A stretch of DNA of 64,000 bases from Entomortierella parvispora E1425 (lineage: Eukaryota > Fungi > Mortierellomycota): assembly GCA_020891255.1 (NCBI GenBank), contig BQFW01000006.1, positions 682,001-746,000 of the forward strand, written 5' to 3'. Numbering within the stretch: position 1 is the stretch's first letter; each line of letters begins with the position of its first letter. The position numbers and the translations under genes were made by a program. Shown here one piece after another: positions 26,487-38,173 of the stretch. The notes below the pieces were generated by a model. The model saw nothing but the letters and a program-made list of their open reading frames with translations, was not told the DNA's origin and made no database searches.

Positions 26487-27140
26487 ATGATTAGTCGAAC
26501 CCCCAAAACCCATAAGGCCAACAAGCAGGACAAGAAGGCCAAGCAAGCCCGCAAGGAAGCCCTCTCCAACCCCTTTGAGGCCTTTCTCAAGCCTTCGGAC
26601 AAGCTCCTCAAGCTCCGAGATGAGGCCGGAGGCAAGGACTTGCCCGAGCCCTTCCTGGAACTCTTTGCCGCTGTTCTGGTTGTGCTCATCTTCTTTACCT
26701 GGAAGCTCTACAAAGCCATCCAGTCCGATCACGTTGGCTCTCAGGGCGTCTGGTCCCTCCTCCTTTTCGGTACCATCGCCGTGTTGAATATTTGGTCCAT
26801 GATGTTGGTTATGGTCATGGCCAAGAGGGGCGGTGATATCGGCCTCCTGCGCATCTCGGATACAGAGGTCCTTCGGTTCTTGGCGCTCACTGGTATCTTT
26901 GGTACCTGGGCTGGCATCTTCCGTAAGTTGTTTTACTCTTGTTCTTCCCTCGTTGATCTGTCAGAGGGTAGAGCCCTATTTTTTTAATTAGAAAGAGTAC
27001 TTACCCCATTTTTTCTCTTTGACTTTACAACAGTCTATGGATACAGATCGAAGGACCGAAAGTTCACATCCAAAGCAGTTATTGCGACCTTCTTCAACTT
27101 TTTGTGGATCCCCATCTATCTCACATACTTTGTTGTATAA
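26487..27140 (+). CDS. DUF1294/YsdA-like small membrane protein. Exons 26487-26922, 27034-27140
   Basis: Several hydrophobic segments. LN..SM.....AKR...RISDTEVL.FLAL.GIFGTWAGIFLYGYRSKDRKF parallels the DUF1294 motif RIPE..L...GG..G...G...FRHKT.K..F. Confidence 0.55.
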
Positions 27141-27446
27141 TCATGCACCAACCGCCCATATGCTAATTCACCCCATTTACCCGACGATAATATATCCACC
27201 CTGTCAAATACCCATATATCCTTGCAGACAAAAGAAGAGGAACTGTCCACTGACGTCTATTTTACCAATGCATATTTATATTCAAAGGAAAAACTCTATG
27301 TGTGAAGAATGTATGTGGGGTGTTCTCTGTGAAAGAGGAAAATATGAATGAGAAAAAATGACTATGTACCGTACAAATAATAATGATAACAACGAAAATT
27401 GAAAAGGAAGAGTGGGAGGATTTGGATATAAAAAAGAAAAAGGATT

Positions 27447-28528
27447 TTACTCTAGGGAAACGGTGGCACCGAGATCCTCAAGGGTCTTCTTGAGCTTCTC
27501 GGCATCAGCCTTGTTCAAGCCCTCCTTGACAACCTTGGGTGCTCCCTCGACAAACTTCTTGGCCTGTGGATGGTGAAAGAATATATAGGGTCAGTCTATT
27601 CGTCTTCACTTCGTCGTACGTCAACCGTATGTAAACGCCTCTGTGTCTTACCTCAACCAGGTTGATACCGGGGATGATGTTCTTGATCTCACGAATCAAC
27701 TTTGCCTTGGCAGCAGCATCAAACTTCTCAAGCTTAACGTTGAACTCGGTCTTCTCAACAACCTTCTCCTCCTGTTTGCAAAGAAATTAAAAACGGTAAT
27801 GATGAGCGTTAGAGTTACATCCAGTAATTGTCAACGACGTTCTTTGGGGGGGGGGGGTCCTGAAACTACCATTTACCTCAACAGGGGCAGCAGCAGAAGC
27901 CTGAGCGGGGGCAGCACCACCGACGGGCATGGCGATCTCCTGAATGTTTAGGCGGACCTGGAGTTGCAGACAAAGCAAGAGAGGAAAAGGAAGGCATGTT
28001 GTGAGTCGCCAAATTATCTTGTGAACTCGTATCGCAAAGCAGTTCGACTTTGAGTCAGTCTCTATCTCCAGCAATTGAAAATTCCAAAGAGATGTATACC
28101 TTCAACAAAGAGACCAAGTCGGCAGTCTGAAGAAGAGTCAATCCAGAGATCTGATCCACGATGGAAACAATCTTGGGATCAACATCCTTGCTGGAGCCAG
28201 GGGCATCCAACTTGTCAACGGCGGAGGAGAAGTTGGCAACTTTGCTCACAACCACGCGGGGAGCGATTCTATAGACACCAACACGAGCAATTGATGGAGG
28301 AGTTTGGGTGAGCTTTCTTTTGATCTGACGTTCATTTTTGAGATTGTTGCGTGTCTCGAGCTAAGACATGGCTTGCAAAACAAAACGAGAGGTGATTTAT
28401 ACCTGGAGACGGTGCGAGGAGCAAAACGAGCAGAGATGGTGCGCAACTAAAAAGGAAAAACATGCAATGGCTGTGTTAGATATACAACAGACAATGCGGG
28501 TCAGGGGTACGACGAGTCTGCTGTTCAT
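27447..28528 (-). CDS. MRPL12: Mitochondrial ribosomal protein bL12m (L7/L12), multi-exon
   Basis: Arg-rich presequence (MNSRLV|[15 protein letters not shown]), then [56 protein letters not shown] and [38 protein letters not shown]. Confidence 0.93.
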
Positions 28529-29033
28529 GATAGTCAGCCAATAGTCCAGCGACAGTCATGTTCCAGGGCTGTTGATTCAACATATAACTCCATTTTCTCC
28601 ATTGACTAGCCAAGACTCATCCAGTTCTCTGGCATTGTTCCGCTTGCATTCGAGGACGAGCAGAAAAGGTGAATGGCCGGAAACTGATCGATTCGCCACT
28701 CTCTTCTCCCCTTCAGATTCCGAAAGTTGTTGAATGAAGATCCAATCCTGAATTCCAGTCGAGACATTGACGGCAGATCCTGTTACTGGGGCTGCAGTTG
28801 AGCTTTTGCCAGAGGGGAGGGAAGCAGGGGCGAGGGCAAGGGCGAGAGTGTTACCATAGTGATGGATGAGGGTGAAGTTGGATTGTCGGAAGCAAAGGAA
28901 TGAATGAATGAATGGCAGGTAATGGCTCGATCCGCCCAAAATATCAAATGTGGCTCAGCTCCGGCGAGGCCAAATAGCGCCACCAATTTTAATCTCGACT
29001 ACTTTTTATTTTGGGTCGTGTGTCAAGCAACGA

Positions 29034-30319
29034 TCAATGTCCACCTTGTCGAGCCATCTTGCCCAAGAGGTTCCGCTGAACGACCTTAGTCTCCTTCTGA
29101 ATAGCGGCCATCAATTGGCTCCTCTCAGTTCTGTGCAAAGTGTCTATTGCACAACAGGACTGGCACCAATCAGTGACCAACCCACCATTTCAACATACAT
29201 GTACCATAAACACACTCACTCACCCATATTTTCCAGATCGCTTCTCAGTGCCTTTTCTACTTCCTTTTGCTGATCAAGAATCTCCTCCAGAATAGACAGG
29301 TTATTGGCAGTATTCTTTTGGAAAGTAACATACTCTTCCTTCAGGCCTGCCCACGCTTCTTGCAACTTGGTTGTCAAATCATCTTGCACTTTCTTGGCTT
29401 CATTCCAATCGTGATATCTGAAGTAAGAGCCCATGATGATAAAACAAAGTGGACGTTAGTTTCGCGACCTTCATTGTCAAGTAATTGAAATACCCAGCGG
29501 GCTCCTTCTCTCTAACATACGTCCGATCAATCTCTTCAGAGTGGTGTTGTTCGAAAAGCCCCTGCCATTCTCGGAACTGGAGCTGGGTAGAGGTCTCAAG
29601 ACTCAGGAGCAGATCTTCAGTTCTGGACACCGTAAATTCTGTAAAAGTCAAAAAGTCCACCTTGAATAGCTGCGAGGGAGTTTGCGCTCGCGCCTTTTTT
29701 TTTTTTTTTTTGGCCTGTCTTTTTACCTGATATCATCTCCAAATACCTATCTCCACTATGTGAGAGCAGAGAGAGAGGGTAATGAGAAAACGAACAAAGC
29801 GAGTCTTTTCCCATCTGGTCTAATCTGTTTGATTACCCAATCTCCAGAAAAGTCTTGGATCGGGTCCCTGTTCTCCATACAAGAAAGACGAGCAGAAATA
29901 TCGAGGTCATGAGATGAAGACGCTGGCGAAGACAAGCAGCGCATCTGTTGCAGGAACCAATCCAACCACCTCATTCGGATGACCATTTTGGCCTTACCCT
30001 TTCTGCGACCAAAGCCAAAAAGTCCAGCATCCCTGCTGTTATAACGCTCCTCAGAGGACAGACCTTGAAAGCCCTTGCGTCGTAGGGTATAAGCCCCATT
30101 CTCCTCATGAAAGTGATTGACAGAACACGTCGTAGAAGGGTAGGTCCCCGGGGCGCCGTATCCTTGAGAGATCTCGTTTGGCCGTGAACTGAGAGGAAAA
30201 TCAGGGGCGAAGTCGACGGGACGAGTTGATGAGGGAAAAGGACCGTGACCAGACCCATGGTCGCGATAATCGTGGCTATTCTGATCGAGGCGCATGCAAG
30301 TGTAATCAAGGGGCACCAT
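29034..30319 (-). CDS. Hypothetical coiled-coil protein (tentatively SYCP3/Cor1-like). Proposed exons 30319-29998, 29867-29837, 29755-29727, 29638-29521, 29417-29224, 29143-29034; start and end uncertain
   Basis: Phase-compatible GT-AG junctions give ...FGRRKGTRSKTFLEIGGDRYLEMISEFTVSRTEDLLLSLETSTQLQFREWQGLFEQHHSEEIDRTYHDWNEAKKVQDDLTTKLQEAW...IQKETKVVQRNLLGKM. Confidence 0.55.
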
Positions 30320-30634
30320 GACTTGACAACTTTGAGGTAAAGGAAGGAAAGAGGTGAAGGAAAAAAAAAGGAAATCAAGGGGGAAAAGAGTATTTATTTG
30401 GTGGCGTGTTTTGACTTCTTAATCCCTGACACCCAGGCCTGGGAACACAAGGTGTGACATCTTCGTCATCTCTACCTAATAACAAATTGCATTGACCTGA
30501 CCTTGACGCGTAAAAGGCCCAAGCCTTACTTAATAGAGCGGCGCTATGGTTGCAGTCTTGGCTCTTTCGTTCCTGCACATGCCACAATGCCGTAGTTCTT
30601 TTTGAGATCGAAACAAGTCGCATTTGGCAGGGAC

Positions 30635-30638
<4 letters not shown>

Positions 30639-30676
<38 letters not shown>
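30639..30676. repeat. (GA)n microsatellite followed by a G run
   Basis: Directly visible. Confidence 0.9.
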
Positions 30677-32291
30677 ATCCTGACGCGTCTCCCCATTGAA
30701 ACATTGCCCCGGTGCAGTGAGTTCGGCTCCAGGAGGAAGTCCAGACTTCTGGAGATTAGTCTCGCAAACTTGAACTTCTGTAGAAGTGTAGATCTTTCCA
30801 TTAAACATTCACTTTAATGAACTTGTCCTGCCACCATTGCCACCACCACAATCAACACTCCACAGCCTTTAACAGGAAGTGTCGCGTGTCGGTGAGTTCG
30901 CTGTGTGTGCTCTTCTTTTTACTCCACATGTGGCTCAGACGAGAGCTTGGATAAATCAATGTTCCCCGACTTTTCAAGCAGGGACCGTGCACAGCGGTCC
31001 TCGAGCACAGCACAGTCGTCTGAAATACAATTTGCTTTTCTCCTCTCTCCAATCTTCCGCCCTTGCTTGATGGTGGTGTCTTCTTTTTCTCTCCCCACCA
31101 TTGTGGCAGAGCCTTGTAATGGTCGTCAGTCGTCAGTGCCCAACAATGGCAGTTCAGGGGATGCATTGAGTCTGCAATGATCATGCTCCTCTCTACCCGT
31201 TCAGCTCCATGCCCTTCCCAAAAACTCCGGACGCACTTTCGTCTCATACTGCCTTTGAGGAGTATCACCCACACTGCCCAATTCCATCAAATGAATCCGA
31301 AAGTGTTTTGCTCAACTCAACTCACGGAATGACTTTTTATTTCAGTGTGTTCATAGCGAACTGCATTATCCTTCTTCTCAGTCTATTCCCATACGGTCTT
31401 CAGATATAGGCGTCGCACGTCCTTACCTTCTTTAGATTCTTGCTAGCTTGTTTCATTACAACCAAGAAGGGGTGAAACTGGGTCAGAAGAATTAGCATGC
31501 TGTGCTATGCTGTGCTCCAGAAACAAACAAAAAAAAAAAAAATACATGAAAGACAAGATTTGAGCGGAAAAAAAAGGCTTTCATGTCCATGTCCTAATCA
31601 TCTCACATGCCATGGCCAATGGCGAGATGCAATAGTGCAGCCATGGCATTGGTCTTGCCTAAGAGATTCATGCTACATTACCCTTCTCGTAGTCCATCAT
31701 GTAACTGGGGCGGATCCTCCTTGGAAATCTGATCGAGTACTACGCCCATTTAGTCATTCAATGGCAAATGCAAGTGAACCTTTGCAAATGCATGCGACCT
31801 TCCCACAGACGATTCAGGGCCAGAATTGGTTTTCTCTTGACGCTTGCCTTAAAGACCGTCATTTTTCAGATTGCACTTGACTGTACTGTACAACCGTGCA
31901 CGAATGGATTGGGTTGGATTGGATTGGAATTTGAGTTGTTGAGATGTTGGATTTCAGGGCTCACGTTGTTCGTAACTGCTGTCAGATCAAGCGACGCTAC
32001 TCGAAAGCATGGAGTCCAAGTGGTGCCCCATATCAGGAGAAAGGTCGCAGTCACCAGTCGAAAGACAACATGATTATTGAAAGGTTGTATCGCAGGCACT
32101 GCGACATGATTATTAGGGATATAGGGCCGCGAAAGCGCGTGCAGATGCTGCAAAAGGAGGAGTAACTCGATGAGCGAATGGGATAACAGCTGCAAGATTA
32201 TCTGAATCGTTCGATGCCTCTGGAGCACGTTCTAGGTAATCTGATTCATCATCAAGGCTTGAAAGGAAAAGTCGATCGACCTACAGCGCAA

Positions 32292-35200
32292 TTATATCGC
32301 AAAACGGTGTTGCTTCAAAGTGCAATCCCTAGATAATTCAAGAGTGTTAAAAATACAGAAATGCGATCGCCTTTCGATATCCAGAAGACTCTCCAACTTA
32401 CCAGAATGCCAGACTGCTGTCACTGTTCAAAGTAATCATAACATCTCGTGTTGGATGGAAAAGTGCCTGCACTAGCTTGGAACCGCCCAGAGACACACTC
32501 TGAGTAGGCAAACCAGGATACCTCTTGACCGTACTATTCAAAAACTTGTTGTAAGGGTTCAAAAGGTAGGGCTCCTGAGCCTCTCGGTAACCGGTAGGCC
32601 TGGTCCCCCGAGCGATGCTGGACCAACGAACGTCCCAAATGTTCAGTATTCCTCCTAAATCCTTGGTTCCAGTGCAAATGAGACCACCATCAGTGTGCCA
32701 GGATGGGATATTCAACTTCGAGATCCTGTCTGGAAGAGGATAACTCATTGTCTGGACAACTTGGTTCTTGAGTCGATGATCGCACAGGATGTACTGTCCA
32801 GCGTCCTCTGTTTGACTATATTATTAGAAGAAAGATATGTTTGTCAATCGCGATACTCTCTCAAAAGTGGAAAATTTCCGGCAGACTGATAAAGATTGGA
32901 AACTTACACCACCAAGTTGATATTCGGGTCTGTGGGATTCTCAACAATATGGAGAATCTCGCCTTTGGCAGGCATGTAACGGGATTTTACCAAGGCTTGT
33001 CCAGTGGTGAGATCGCAGCTGATATAATGACCATCTTTTCCACCAGAATACAAGATCTTGTTGCGATGGGAGTACATCAGACTAACAATCTGACCTTTGT
33101 GCTCTCGGTGGAGTTCAGAAAGTCCTTGGGGACTGTAGTTTGCCTGACCATCCTCATCCTCGCCTACCGTGAATTTCCAGTGGAACTACCGTATTATAAG
33201 GACACAAAAGTTGGCTCAGGAATTCTGCAAACCTCGCCTGCAATCAATATTAGAAACTTGGGGAATATTCCACTTACGAGACCCTTGTCTTTTCCACCAG
33301 TCACGAAGGACGCAATTTTATCATCCATTCTGGCAGCAGCAACTGCATGGATAGCGCTTGCATGGGGTGTTGAAACGATGCCAACACTCCGTACCTTCAG
33401 TTCACCATCACTGCCCCATGATATCGTGAGAAGACTCGTTTGTGTCTCTGGTCTTGAGCCCCTCGTTGGATTGGTAAATTCTGAGGAAACAGGGCTTTTT
33501 GGCCAACTTGCCGTTTCTTTTAGATGGCTGACAGCAACAAGACAATTTTCTCCAACCGGGATGCAATCGTTTCTGGGTAGGGGATTACGCGGTGATTAGC
33601 AGGAAGCTGACTATTAAGGAGTTTCTGAGCACCTATGTCCCAGAACTGGACAGACCTATGCTCCAGGGGATGGACCACATGACGTTAGTAGCAGAGCAGT
33701 TACAACCAAATTTTCACTGTAGAGCTTTCATTACGTACCCATCCATGGCTGCCACCGCTGCAATTCCATCGAAAACTGTTCCGTGTGAAAATGGGTTGAG
33801 AACCATCATTCTTGGCCTTGATGTTCCAAACGCAGAGTTGAACACGGTATTGCCTCCGATTATGAGCGCCGACATTTCGGATTGACTGGACACCGGGCAG
33901 GATGGACCGCTCACTTCAAAAACACGTCTGTACCCTTTCGCAGGGGATAGATTTCTGGGGCGGTTGTCCACAGAGGATAGCTTGACTCCTGTCTCAATTC
34001 GTTCAGCATGGCGATATGCAGGAACGGGAACAACAGCATTGTCGCTGTCGGTGGAAGAAGAGCCTGCCAACGTTCGGGATGTAGAAGCCGTAGCATGAAC
34101 ATGGACAGGAGAATCAGCCCTGATCATTCCGTTTGAACTTGAAAGTGACAAATGAAGCGCAAGGATCTCAGCCTTGAGTTTTGCTTGCGTTCTCATTATT
34201 TTCCTGCAAGTGAGGTCGACCTTGTTCCGCCTCACTGTGAGCTTTGTTGTCAAACGATCCAGCTCAATCATCCTGTCAGCGATAGGCCCCTGTAGACGCG
34301 CACTAGCATCCATATGGGATGATGCTTTTTTGCGTTTTGAAAGAGGGGCATCGCTTGCGAGGGTATCGTCGCTCTCTTCAGAAGTTTCAAGGGCGGAATC
34401 ACTGTCCTCCGAGCTTCGCCTCCGTTTCCTTGAAGCCCTTTTTCGTCTCCGAGTAGAATGATCAGTGAACGAGTCGCTGTCATCATCAAAATCACTGTCG
34501 TCAGTGCTGCTGTAGCGCCTGCGTTTTCTTGATGGTGAACGTGTGTGCGCTCGCGGGACAAAGTGCCCCATCGTCATGGTTCTTCGGACAGGCCGACTCT
34601 TGCTTCGAGCACGACTTTGAGCACGACTTGCATTCCTGGCGCGACTTTTGCTCCGGCCTCTCACCGGACTACTAGGTTTGCTATGACCTCCTGCTGGGTT
34701 TCTTGTTGGGCTTTTCTCTGGGTTTCTCGCTGAGGTTCTAGCTGGACTCCTGGCTCTAGATCTACTGCGAGCTCTCTCTGAAGGCCTGTAAGAGTCATAT
34801 CGAGACCACTCTCTTCCAGCGCTAGGGGCTCTGACAGTCGATCGACCTCTAGTCACAGAGCGGCCTCTTTCTTGCTCATCCCTGCGTCTAGACTCTCGAT
34901 CTTGAGCGGAAGGCCTATTATCTCGATCTCTACTGGAGGCACGGGCTGCAGGAGGAGGAGTAGGGTTTCTGTTGTACGTAGAGTGTCTGGTATCAGAGCC
35001 TCTGTTCGGGTCACGACCTCTGCTTGCATCCCGAGCGCGAGGCTCTCTGCTAGGACTTCCAGGTCTATAACTACGGCCCCTGCCCGCTGATGAGCCGTCC
35101 ATGCTTGTGTCAGGAATATGTCTTGAACTTGAGCCTATCCATGGCGAAGCCGACTCGGTGCGGGATGGATACAGTGTAGGTGTCGGGTCTGACCGAGACG

Positions 35201-36269
35201 TGGAGCTGTGTTGGTGCCTGGGAGGAGGCACAGCATTCTTGGGCAGGGACGACTTTGGGTTGAGAGTTTCATGAGTGGGCGAAGGCCATTGGTGGGGATG
35301 TGGGGATAACGAGCTAGCGTGGTGACCACTGTGCGGGGATGACCCGGACGTAACTGCTGCGGTAGACAATTGTTGTGCTGGTTGGGCGGTCGCTTCGGCT
35401 GCTTGTCTCGACTTGACAAACGGGTTCCTGTAGCGAGTGCCTGGCATGGGCTGGGGCTCTGGACTGTGGCCGCGGGGCGGTATAGAACTGGAGCTGTTTT
35501 CTTGGGGTAAAACACTGTTGCTGGCAACGCTTCTGCTACTGTTGCGATTGCTGTCCTTTTCCCGACGCTCCAATTGAGTACTGCGGGAAGAGGACGAGGA
35601 CGAGGAGGACAACGGCCTTGGGTCGCTTTCCTTTCGGTCTAGACGAGGCTTTGGGCTGACAGGTGGTCGCACAGACAATACAGAGGCGGCGGCACTAGAC
35701 GTAGACGAGGGGTGGCTCTGTGGGGCGTCCTGGTAGGGGCTGGATGATGACCGATGGTGGGTCGACAGTCTGTCTGGCTGTCTGGACTGCAAGACAGCCC
35801 GTCTTATAGAGTCGATGGAACTCTCGCTAGAGTTACCAGCGCTCGCCGAGGTGGGAGAAGACGAAGGCGAGGATGTCGCCAACGTTCTGTGCTGCTGCGA
35901 GGGTAGGTCTGCGATAGAGGAGGAATGGGATGCTGCATCTGCATTCCCATTCCACTTTGGATTGGGGGGAAGAGGGTGACGGAGTCCAGTGGTGGAGGAT
36001 CGGGGATGAGAAGAGGCCGTTCGACTTTGGGGCGGGGCTGCGGCAGGGACAGACGCCGTGGGAGCAGTCAGTACAGTGGGGATAGTCGAGGTCGTAGGGG
36101 TCGAAGGGACTGAGGAGGAGACCGGAGAGACGGGCGCGCTGTTCGATGAGGGCGACTGCTTGATGCCAACGAGGCCATAGTTGGGTGGGGAAGACCTTGA
36201 GGAATCGATGGACTGAATGGGGAGACCACTACCTGACAAAGAACGAAGTCGCGGGTCTTTGGAAGTCAT
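32292..36269 (-). CDS. WD40-repeat protein with a long disordered Ser/Pro- and Arg/Ser-rich N-terminus, multi-exon
   Basis: First exon of about 850 aa, low complexity. Downstream spliced segments: AAMDG|SVQFWDI, FVTGGKDKGL|FHW, ILYSGGKDG, LICTGTKDLGGILNIWDVR, FHPTRDVMITLNSDSSLAFW|DCTLKQHRFAI* (stop 32292-94). Confidence 0.75.
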
Positions 36270-36622
36270 CACTGAGTGTTTGATTCAATGACAATGACAA
36301 TGACAAGCCAAGAGAAAACGAGAACAATACAAGACAAGGAAGACAATGCGGATACGACAGGGTGCACAAGGGGTATAAGAGAAAGAACAACACAAAAGGG
36401 AAAAGAAGACGGCGAGCGACAAGGAAGAGGATGAGGAGGAAGGAAGTGAAGGGTTGAAGAAGAAGAAGAAAAAGAAAAGAGAAGAATGAAGACTTAACGA
36501 AGGAAAGACCGAAGAAAAGGAAAAAAGAGAAAAAGAAAGCCAAAAAAAAAAAAAAACGTTTGGATCTGTGTCACGTGTGAGGTCGCGGTTGCTGGCCGTG
36601 CGTGAAGAGCCTGTTGTTTTAT

Positions 36623-37771
36623 TCACAAAAACGGGAAGGAGGACAACAACGCTATTGTCATGGCCACGGTCACGGTGCTCCTGATGCCCCTAACCCCAGT
36701 GCTTCTGCCCTCGTTTGATCGTGTCTTGGGGATCAGTCCCGCGGGTCGAACAATGATCGGTCTCGGAGCCAGTCCAACGCTGACTGATTTGGGTCGCTTC
36801 ACCGACTGGATCTCTGTCATCCGGCTGTTGCCAAACCCTGTCTCATTGTCGCCAGAGTCCTCTGCGCCGTCCCCATCGTGCTCTTCTTCTTCCCCTGTTC
36901 CGTCCTGTCCATTGATATCAGCATTCCCACGCAGAGAGCCTGGAAGCGCGTTCGGAGATCCGTACTCTTGCTCAATTGATCCAATGCTGTCACCGTTCAC
37001 AGGTACCACAGGCTCTATCGTGACCATCGCCTTTCTCCTCCGATTGCTCTCCAGCGTCAGTTTCCTCATCACTGAACTCGGTCCAGCACGGTTCCGACGA
37101 TACTGAGTATACCAATCCTCGTGTGTAAAAAGATATTGCTTGCCGTGTCTGTGAAACGTCGACTGTCGAAAGCTCTTGCCATCCTTCTTGTTGGAATGGG
37201 TCTGTCGTAGTTTTGGTGAGACTAGCTTTTTGTTTCTTTCAAGAGTCTTCTTGACGCCGTCTGGCTTTTCATGTTTTTTAGTCGTAGATCCATGCTCTTT
37301 TTTGGCCGCCCTCTTGGTGTCCATATTCGGTTTGGCGGGTGATGACTCTGCCAAGGACGCCTTTTCCCCTGACTTTTTGGATGACCTGCTACGAGATTTT
37401 GTACACTCTCGATTGGTCTTTGATCCTCGGCCATTATTTTTTTTGCGATCCTGGCGTTGTATTTTCTTCTCTTCGTGATTGTGTTTCTGATTTGGTGTTC
37501 CTGAATGCCGTTTTAAGAGTTGTTGTAGCGGGGGAGCAGTTAGAAGCCACAGAGATGATGATGGGGACGACTGAGTCCTGACATAGATCGGTGTTGAATC
37601 AGGTACCAAGTGCTCCAGAGGGTGAGTTTGCTGTGCTTGAACACGTCGCCGACCCGGGTGCTCCTGTTCGTCCTGTAGAGAGTGGGAGAGGGATGAGATG
37701 ACAACAGGCAAGCATAGAAACACCACTGCCGGTAGCCGTGTGACCCGAGTGACCCAGCTGGCCGTTCGCAT
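36623..37771 (-). CDS. Hypothetical secreted/GPI-anchored Lys/Arg-rich protein
   Basis: N-terminal hydrophobic stretch (LPAVVFLCLPVVISSLS) and C-terminal hydrophobic tail (VTVAMTIALLSSFPFL*) preceded by small residues. Single ORF. Confidence 0.6.
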   Translation of the reverse strand: MRTASWVTRVTRLPAVVFLCLPVVISSLSHSLQDEQEHPGRRRVQAQQTHPLEHLVPDSTPIYVRTQSSPSSSLWLLTAPPLQQLLKRHSGTPNQKHNHEEKKIQRQDRKKNNGRGSKTNRECTKSRSRSSKKSGEKASLAESSPAKPNMDTKRAAKKEHGSTTKKHEKPDGVKKTLERNKKLVSPKLRQTHSNKKDGKSFRQSTFHRHGKQYLFTHEDWYTQYRRNRAGPSSVMRKLTLESNRRRKAMVTIEPVVPVNGDSIGSIEQEYGSPNALPGSLRGNADINGQDGTGEEEEHDGDGAEDSGDNETGFGNSRMTEIQSVKRPKSVSVGLAPRPIIVRPAGLIPKTRSNEGRSTGVRGIRSTVTVAMTIALLSSFPFL

Positions 37772-38173
37772 ATTCTTCGGCTCTTTTCCGCAAGGTTGGT
37801 GGCGTTGGTGGCGCTTTTGCAAACTCAAAAAAAAACTTGCGTGGAGATGAATGTAGGCGAAAAGAGAGGAGGGGGAAAGAGTGAGAGACAAAAGATGAGA
37901 AATGGAGGGGCAATGAACGACATTATGATTCCATGTCGTCCGTCCCTAGACAACATTGGATCGAATGAGAATGCGACGGGTGAATGAGTTTCCCCAGATG
38001 AAGGCAGGGCAGCAAAGTCAAAAAGGGGCCGAACCAAGGACGCGTTTTTTTTTTTTTTTTTTTTTTTTTTTTGAATTTATTGTTGTCTATGATACAAGAT
38101 GGATGTGCAAACAAAGAGATTAAGTGCACGGGGTATATGTGTAATGATAATGCTTGGTTTGGTCAGGCTCGAC

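Noticed and set aside
31484-31500. CAGAAGAATTAGCATG resembles part of U6 snRNA (AGAAGATTAGCATGG)
   Set aside because: No ACAGAGA box, 5' stem or downstream U6 sequence; a chance short match.
31497-32228. Short ORFs on both strands between the coiled-coil gene and the WD40 3' end
   Set aside because: No motifs or consistent splice pattern; treated as intergenic.
32841-33885. Plus-strand ORFs of 252 aa and 97 aa
   Set aside because: Antisense shadows of the WD40 exons, with no recognisable motifs.
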